Assembly (NCBI RefSeq): GCF_011745625.1
Contig: NW_027191477.1
Coordinates: forward strand, 124,001 to 188,000
Length of the DNA: 64,000 nt
Reading direction: 5' to 3'
From: Cladosporium halotolerans
Lineage: Eukaryota
Position 1 is the stretch's first letter, and each line of letters begins with the position of its first letter. The position numbers were made by a program, and so were the translations under genes. Shown here in pieces: positions 57,801 to 64,000 of this stretch. The notes beneath the pieces were generated by a model. The model was given only the letters and a program-made list of their open reading frames with translations, made no database searches and was not told where the DNA came from.

Positions 57801-58137
57801 AAGGCGAGCTCATGCCGACGCCTCCAGCACCTTGTCGCCCACTCTGGCTCTGACTCTGGCTTCCATTGGGACTCGATCTGAAAAACAGCGGGCTCGAAGT
57901 CGGCGGCGCTTGGCTTTGAGATGTGTGTTGCGAGGAGCGCGCATTCCCTCGAGGAGTCACATCTTGCATGTTGGTATCAGACGCTTCGGAGCGCAATTGT
58001 TCATCGGCGGCGGCGTTCGCATTGCCGTTGTGTGGGAGTGAAGGGCTGGAAGCAGGCGCTTGCGAGGAGCGTGCAGAGCGGCGCGGTGTACCATTGACCG
58101 AGCTGCGATTCGAGCGACGCTGCTCTGGCGAAGACAT
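54873..58137 (-). CDS. MCM4: DNA replication licensing factor Mcm4 (Cdc54); exons 58137-57729, 57679-55524, 55460-54873
   Basis: SP/TP-rich N-tail, IWGTNV, CSVC..CPREIC zinc site, GDPSTSKS Walker A, CCIDEFDKM, LLSRFDL, ATTRQLESMIRL; introns 57680-57728 and 55461-55523. Confidence 0.96.
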
Positions 58138-58255
58138 CTTGAAGGTGGGGTTTTGCGCAGTTGAGGTTAGTTGCGCGGTTGGAAGGGCTTTGGCGGTGTG
58201 TTTGCGCTGGAGGGGCTGTCGCCGTCGCTGTCGATAAGTTAGCCCTGAGCAACGG

Positions 58256-58289
58256 CGCGTGTCACGAACTCGACGCGGCTGAAAACGCG
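58256..58289. promoter_or_regulatory. MCB-like (ACGCG) element cluster in the MCM4/TBCA divergent promoter
   Basis: CGCGT at 58256-58260, ACGCG at 58273-58277 and 58285-58289, 120-150 nt upstream of the MCM4 ATG; MBF sites are typical of fungal G1/S replication genes. Confidence 0.55.
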
Positions 58290-58437
58290 CTAGTAAATTG
58301 CTTGCATTAGCGCGCCGGACCCCTCCATCAGTCAAAGTGGGCGAATTCAGTGGCACAGCGTGAGAGACAGGAGGCTTCCTAGGTATCAGAAGTCGCAATA
58401 TCACCCAATCAACACCGGTAATATCACAATTGTCGAT

Positions 58438-58907
58438 ATGCCTGCGCCTTCTCAGCTCGCTATTGCCACCTCGGCCCTCAACCGCCTGGTGAAGGAGGAG
58501 GCTAGCTACCACAAGGAGCTCGAACAGCAGAGTGCACGCATTGCTAAGCTGGAGGCTGGTGAGGGTGCGGATGACGAGAACGCGGAGTACATACTCAGAC
58601 AACACGTATGCTTGGATGAAATATTTTTGTATTGACTTATATCCATGCTAACCACTTGTGAAGAAACAAGCCCTTGAGCAGACTAAGGCTGTGTTCCCTC
58701 CGCTCAAACAAAAAATCCAGGATGCGTTGAGTAAGCTCGAGCAACAACTTGTAAGTTTGGGACATGGGATATTAAAAGCAACGAAGGTATTGGTTTGCTA
58801 AAACATCAAAACAGGAGCAAGACAAGGCTCAAGCATCGCCTGAGGAGGCTACCAAAGCACAGGAGGCTATTGCAGCTGGCCAAAACGCATTGAAGGAGTC
58901 GGCTTGA
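58438..58907 (+). CDS. RBL2: Tubulin-folding cofactor A; exons 58438-58605, 58664-58750, 58815-58907
   Basis: MPAPSQLAIATSALNRLVKEEASYHKELEQQ..NAEYILRQH/KQALEQTKAVFPPL; two introns in phase 0. Confidence 0.92.
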
Positions 58908-58975
58908 CTGGGAAGCGTTCTCGCTTGATGACTGTACATACATAGATACCCAGTGGAAGCCACGTAATTTCATCT

Positions 58976-60079
58976 TCACGACTCGTCCATCTCGGTCGTC
59001 ATGCCCTCCGCCGGCTCCTTGACCTGTTCATCTTTGGCTTCTAGACCAGTCGAGGCTTTCGGATGTTCTTGAGAATCCGAGGTTGAAGGGGCTGGCGTAA
59101 ATTCTTCGCCCATGTCGACGTCGGCAGAAGCGTGAGGACTCTGAGCCCCTGGGCTTGGAGCACGAGATGTAGGATTCGCACCATCGACCTCCAGAAACTT
59201 ATTCCTTGGTCGTTCTTCACTCTCCTCAAGACCGTCGTGCATCGGTGTCGCTCCACCAGGCAGCGGAGTTGAACCTTCAGGCATAGGCGTCCTGCCACCT
59301 GATTCATGCCTTGGCGTCCGACCATCTTCAATGCCTGGCGTACCCATACGACTGCGATCATCCTTCTCCCCATCGCCATCTTCCATGGCATCATCATCTC
59401 CCTCTTCTCCCTCGCCCTCCCCTGGCTCCTTAATGCCCTTGATCACCCGACGCATAACCTCGCCCTCATGCACAACCCTCTCAAATTGCTCACGACGACC
59501 AGACCACAAGCCCTCGATCTCAACTCCCTCCTGCTCAAGCTCCTCGATTTCTTTCTCCAAGCTCGTGATGTCATTTCGGCACTCGTCGCGAGACTTCAGC
59601 TTCTTGTCCTCAAGAATCTTAGATGCCAGCGCGTCGTAGCCCTTCCTTAGCTCCAGGACCTTCTGCGCCTCCGCCAATTGTTCACGCAAGAGCAAAGTAT
59701 TTTCCCTCACAGCCTGAGCAGTAGCCAGAATCTTCGCCTTCTCCGCCGCATAGCGTTCGCGCTCGCGCGCATTGGAGCTCTGGATCAGCTGTATCCGGGT
59801 GATTGAGCTTTCGAGCGCGGCGAAATCGAGCAGGACTTCCTCCCTAAACTTTTGCCGTGTAGTCGGGTCTGCAGAAGGGTCTTCGGCCTCCGCAGGAACT
59901 TCTTCGCCTTCTGGCGGCGGAGACGGCAGCTGCTTCGGTGTAGAGCGAAGAAGCGAGTCGCGGTCCAGAAGGCGTTTTGTCACGCGCTGAAATGGCCTCT
60001 CTTCGATTCCGAGCAGACGCGCAGAGTGTAGTGCATCCTCAGCGGGCTGCGGGAGGATGCCATACGTTTGAGCAGCCAT
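58976..60079 (-). CDS. THOC7: THO complex subunit 7 (Thoc7/Mft1 family)
   Basis: EDALHSARLLGIEERPFQRVTKRLL, FREEVLLDFAALE, NARERERY, RKGYDALA, WSGRREQF; long acidic tail. ATG at 60079. Confidence 0.85.
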   Translation of the reverse strand: MAAQTYGILPQPAEDALHSARLLGIEERPFQRVTKRLLDRDSLLRSTPKQLPSPPPEGEEVPAEAEDPSADPTTRQKFREEVLLDFAALESSITRIQLIQSSNARERERYAAEKAKILATAQAVRENTLLLREQLAEAQKVLELRKGYDALASKILEDKKLKSRDECRNDITSLEKEIEELEQEGVEIEGLWSGRREQFERVVHEGEVMRRVIKGIKEPGEGEGEEGDDDAMEDGDGEKDDRSRMGTPGIEDGRTPRHESGGRTPMPEGSTPLPGGATPMHDGLEESEERPRNKFLEVDGANPTSRAPSPGAQSPHASADVDMGEEFTPAPSTSDSQEHPKASTGLEAKDEQVKEPAEGMTTEMDES

Positions 60080-60594
60080 GTTGTCGATGGGTTCGTGAAT
60101 GGCAATGCGAAAGGACAAATGCGATTCTTGGGAGATCGCCGGTATGTAGAGTTGTCGCGCTTTGGCTTTGCGGAGCTGCGGTCCGCTGCCGAAGCTTATT
60201 TGGTGGGGCACATGTCCTCAAGCTCTCCCTTCACTGACATTACCTACATTAGACTTCCCCCATGAGGACAGCCTTGTGTCCTCAAAACAGTCAACTCGAA
60301 CTCTATTACTTTTTTTCATCCACCTGGCTTACTTGTGGTGGGCTCCTAAATTCCATAAGTATGCTGCTGCTTGTTTCCCTTCTCGCTTCAAACCCCGACC
60401 CAGTCCCTCAGCCCTAGAGCACTGCTTTGTCTACCGGATAGTCCACCACATTCGAGAACGACCTTTGTTTCACAAGTCGAAGCAGGAACACTCTCCACGC
60501 GTCTTTGTTCCTGCGAGACCTCCTAAAATTACATCCGTCGCATTTGGTCGTCGCAAACATTTCCCAGTCGCCAACGAAGTTCAGCTCAGCAAAC

Positions 60595-61674
60595 ATGCCT
60601 GCAGCCTCACTTTCGTCAATGGCGCAGCACGCCGCGATCCGCAACATCGCAAGCATCACAGACATTGCAGACCTGCCTTATCACGCCGTGGAGCCTATCC
60701 TCCGCCGCATCGACAATCCGCAGCAACTCCGCGAGATCGAGATCAACTGTCCGCACGTCGCCGATCACTCCAAGCTACTCTGGCAGGAATTCATCAAGCG
60801 AGATGTCTCCAACGCAGATCAGAAGATGCTCTACCCTAAAGACCCCAGATCGTGGCATAAGGTGTACAGGAAGATGTTGAAGCAAGAGGAGGCGGAGAAG
60901 GCCGAGGCCGAGGAAGGACTGAAGAGGGCCATGATGGGTCTTCAAGAAGCCAAAGGCTCGAAGGAGACCAGGATCGTCAATAAAGTCATGGAGCACGGCC
61001 AGAAGAAAAGGACTGGCTTCTTCGACGGCGTCATGCACACTGGCGGTGGTGGTGGGAGCAGGGCACCTTTGCTATGGAACGCCAAAACAGGGCGAGACGC
61101 ATTCAGCGCAATGCAGCGGGCCACTGCCAACAAAGCAAGTGCTTTCAAGCCGATGACCAGACGCGCGATTCCGGATCCGAAGAGCCAGATCAAGGTCGCG
61201 CCGAAGAGTATGGTCATGGAATATTCAAACCCTGGCAATGAGGCTGTCCGGAGAGCTGCAGCGGAGGCGAAGAAGTACGCAGAGCCACAGAGCCAGAACG
61301 CAAGGATTTTCACATCGAGAAGCCGAGTGGGTAAGACTGAGCAAGCGTTTAGGAACGAAGACATGAAAGAGCAGTTGGAGAAGGAGAGGCGACTACGTGC
61401 GCTCACAAACCCCGTCGCCAAAGCTGCTATGCATCCTGCGCCAGCATCTTCGAGCGCTGGATCAGGGGCCCGGGCATCTACCACGTCCTCACAGCGTTCA
61501 TCCGTTTCGCCGACCAAAAGCGCACCGAAAGCGACATCCTCACTCGCGCCTTCGAATGGTTCTGTTCAGGCCAAGCAGTCTGTGCAACAGAAGCCAGCGG
61601 CAGCTCCGGCGCCTGTTAAGCGTAAGCGGCCGACGGTGGATCCCTTTCTGTCTGTGAAAAGGAGCAGACCTTGA
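60595..61674 (+). CDS. ELA1: Elongin A (RNA polymerase II elongation factor SIII subunit A)
   Basis: BC-box-like ASLSSMAQHAAIRNI, ITDIADLPYHAVEPILRRIDNPQQLREIEINCPHV, LWQEFIKRD, SWHKVYRK. Confidence 0.85.
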   Translation: MPAASLSSMAQHAAIRNIASITDIADLPYHAVEPILRRIDNPQQLREIEINCPHVADHSKLLWQEFIKRDVSNADQKMLYPKDPRSWHKVYRKMLKQEEAEKAEAEEGLKRAMMGLQEAKGSKETRIVNKVMEHGQKKRTGFFDGVMHTGGGGGSRAPLLWNAKTGRDAFSAMQRATANKASAFKPMTRRAIPDPKSQIKVAPKSMVMEYSNPGNEAVRRAAAEAKKYAEPQSQNARIFTSRSRVGKTEQAFRNEDMKEQLEKERRLRALTNPVAKAAMHPAPASSSAGSGARASTTSSQRSSVSPTKSAPKATSSLAPSNGSVQAKQSVQQKPAAAPAPVKRKRPTVDPFLSVKRSRP

Positions 61675-62718
61675 CCTGGAGCCCCGACTATTAAGAAATT
61701 GATACAAATCGCGAACGACCATACGTCGTGAAATTGACTCGCACGTCGAATCACTATCTCCGCAAAGTAACGACCCAATTGGACATCGCAAAAGCAGCTG
61801 GACGTCTGACAGCGTAGGATATGTGACGAGAGGATGGCCAAAGTACACATGTAGACCTGCATCCGGGAGCATGAGGAACGCACATAGCGTTTTCGGACAT
61901 CACACACGAAGATCAGCCCTTAATGGGTTACCGCGCATAGGTGCAGCCAATCAGTAACGCAGGCCCAGTGCATGCTGCAGCATGCCGGGAATATGGTTAC
62001 CGGACCTGTTCTTCGGGTCACAGTTGAGACATCGGACCTTACCGTAGTCGAGAAATACTTTCAATAGACCCTTCAGAGCAAGCCTCATCATGATATTCTT
62101 TTCCACAAATGATTCTATCACAAGTTCCCCACCTTTTCGTGGGTGGTGAGCGCTTGACGTTGTGATCACGCGGTGCCTCGGCAGCGTTGGTTGGCCCAGC
62201 CGACGACAGCCACGCCTGCTCAAAGTGAGACAACGCCCGTTTCACCGGCCACCAGTCGTTACCCAGCGGTATGATGGCCTCGAGATGTAGCCTCTCGACA
62301 GTGTACTTTTTTCACAGTCATGAGAACACATCATTATCAGAATAGATCATGCAATGAATTTCGATGGGCTAACGTTCGGCCACGGGTCCAACCTTCTCCT
62401 GTCCTGCTGATCATCCAGCTCAAGCCTCGCCGGCTGGGCGATTAATGGCGTGGACGATCGCAGCTCCGCGTTTTCTCCATGTGAGACTCGGAATGCACAT
62501 TCAGTATTGATTCTAGCCTCCTACATCACAATAGATCCGTATACACTTTGGCTGGGATCTGGCATCTCTTTATGTCTGAGACAAAAAGGCTCTCCGCCAC
62601 TCCGAAGGCAAGGGAGGCGGGATGGCATCCGCATGGAAATATAGTAGCCACCAGCAACCCTCTGCGAAAATGGCGGGCCTTGTTACTCTCTATTGCTACT
62701 TTGGCTTTGGTGTATAGC

Positions 62719-64000
62719 ATGTTGTCTCCTCGAACTACAGCAGTGCTAGCCACAACACTTTCCCTCTCCTTCGCCCTACCTAAACCTGCGACCAACGACG
62801 CCGTTCAGCAAGATGAACCGGCTTGGCGGGCTACTGGAACAGACAACAGTGCTGGACACTGGTTCTACGAATTTTACGATTCACTGGCTGTGATGCAAGG
62901 AACTTCGTTCTGGTCCGGTTACGATTGGCCCGAATCAATAGATTGGATAGCAGCAGTCTTGGGCACGTTACTTGGAGCCTCGGATCGTTCTTTCACTGAG
63001 ATCTTAATCGAGTACGACGGTAGTCTTCCTGGCTCATATTTTTCTGGTCCGACGATCGATGGCGAAATTTCCAGATACTACTCTCAAGTCGAATCTTTCT
63101 TCAAGTCCGAGAACGTGGGCGACATCTTCGGACAAGCTTACGACGACGCGCAATGGGTGGTTCTGGAGTGGCTGGAAGTGATCAAATTCATCAACGAATA
63201 CAACTCTTACATCAATGGATCCGATCTTGGCGAAGAGAATCTTTCACGGTACGCCCACAGGGCTCATGTTTTCTACAACATCGTCCAAAACGAGTTCGAG
63301 ACCTCTCTCTGCGACGGAGGCATTACATGGAATCCAACACTGGAGACATACAAGAACGCCATCACCAACGAGCTTTATCTGTCAAGCTCGATAGCTATGT
63401 ACCTCTACTTCCCGGGAGACTACAACACCGACCCTTATCCAACTGCGAATTACTCGTCTGACACGAACACGACTCTGCCGCCTCTTACATTCCTTCAGCC
63501 GCACGATCCGGTCCTTCTGGACAATGCGATCAAGGAATATGATTGGTTCAAGACGCACAACTTCACCAACGAGCAAGGCCTGATCGTGGATGGATTCCAC
63601 ATCTCCAAAGGCCAGACCACGTGCGACAAACGCAACGAGATGGTCTACACCTACAATCAGGGAGTCATCCTTTCCGGCCTCAGAGGCCTGTGGGAGGCTA
63701 CTGGTGACCCTTCGTACCTTTCTGACGGTTACGATCTCGTCAACACTGTGATCGACGCAACCGGCTGGAACGCCCAAGACGCGTCAGAAGCAAGCCAGTG
63801 GTCCGGTCTGGGACGCAACGGCATCATGGAAGACTACTGCGACGCGTCGGCGAACTGCTCGCAGGACGCGCAGATCTTCAAAGGCATCTACTTCCACCAC
63901 CTCGGGATCTTCTGCGAGCCGCTCCCGACCATCACGCCTCTTGTGGCGAACCTCACTGTGCTCGCCGAAGACGACCTCGCCGCTTCCCACTCAGGACACT
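62719..64000 (+). CDS. Secreted glycoside hydrolase family 76 (alpha-1,6-mannanase/Dfg5-like), truncated by the window end
   Basis: ATG 62719, signal peptide MLSPRTTAVLATTLSLSFALP; AYDDAQWVVLEWL (catalytic DD), CDGGITW, YKNAITNELY, YTYNQGVILSGL, QIFKGIY. No stop before 64000, hence missing from the ORF track. Confidence 0.9.
   Translation, partial: MLSPRTTAVLATTLSLSFALPKPATNDAVQQDEPAWRATGTDNSAGHWFYEFYDSLAVMQGTSFWSGYDWPESIDWIAAVLGTLLGASDRSFTEILIEYDGSLPGSYFSGPTIDGEISRYYSQVESFFKSENVGDIFGQAYDDAQWVVLEWLEVIKFINEYNSYINGSDLGEENLSRYAHRAHVFYNIVQNEFETSLCDGGITWNPTLETYKNAITNELYLSSSIAMYLYFPGDYNTDPYPTANYSSDTNTTLPPLTFLQPHDPVLLDNAIKEYDWFKTHNFTNEQGLIVDGFHISKGQTTCDKRNEMVYTYNQGVILSGLRGLWEATGDPSYLSDGYDLVNTVIDATGWNAQDASEASQWSGLGRNGIMEDYCDASANCSQDAQIFKGIYFHHLGIFCEPLPTITPLVANLTVLAEDDLAASHSGH

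Noticed and set aside
5532..61674. Many ubiquitin-system genes (F-box, UBC1, RPT2, yippee, NEDD8, elongin A) as a functional cluster
   Set aside because: This is a large gene class and the genes are dispersed. Only UBC1/RPT2 are head-to-head, and I found no Rpn4/PACE site between them.

Overview
Gene-dense, intron-containing genomic DNA from a filamentous ascomycete (short GT..CTRAC..YAG introns, mostly 44-105 nt; a Dothideomycete is my guess, not demonstrated). About 35 protein-coding genes were reconstructed by hand. Most are housekeeping: ARG7, cyclin H, UBC1, RPT2, RPF1, RSM10, COG4, NIPA transporter, arginase, ERV1, NEDD8, MCM4, tubulin cofactor A, THOC7, elongin A and a GH76. An accessory-looking island lies at about 24.2-37.6 kb, between RSM10 and COG4. 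It holds a pectin lyase with substituted active-site residues, a small ankyrin protein, an amino-acid permease, a NACHT (NLR-type) gene and two paralogous secreted Cys-rich proteins. Main result: the NACHT protein and the NACHT-less ankyrin protein (whose first exon is missing from the ORF track) both begin with a 30-residue segment that aligns without gaps and resembles HET-s-related amyloid signalling motifs. This suggests an amyloid-coupled split-NLR or decoy pair; no HeLo-type effector is visible in the window. Second result: a two-domain secreted precursor with a Kex2-type site is interrupted by one in-frame TAG at a probable Trp codon. No rRNA, tRNA, CRISPR array or recognisable transposon was found. 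All family assignments come from motif recognition, not from database searches.
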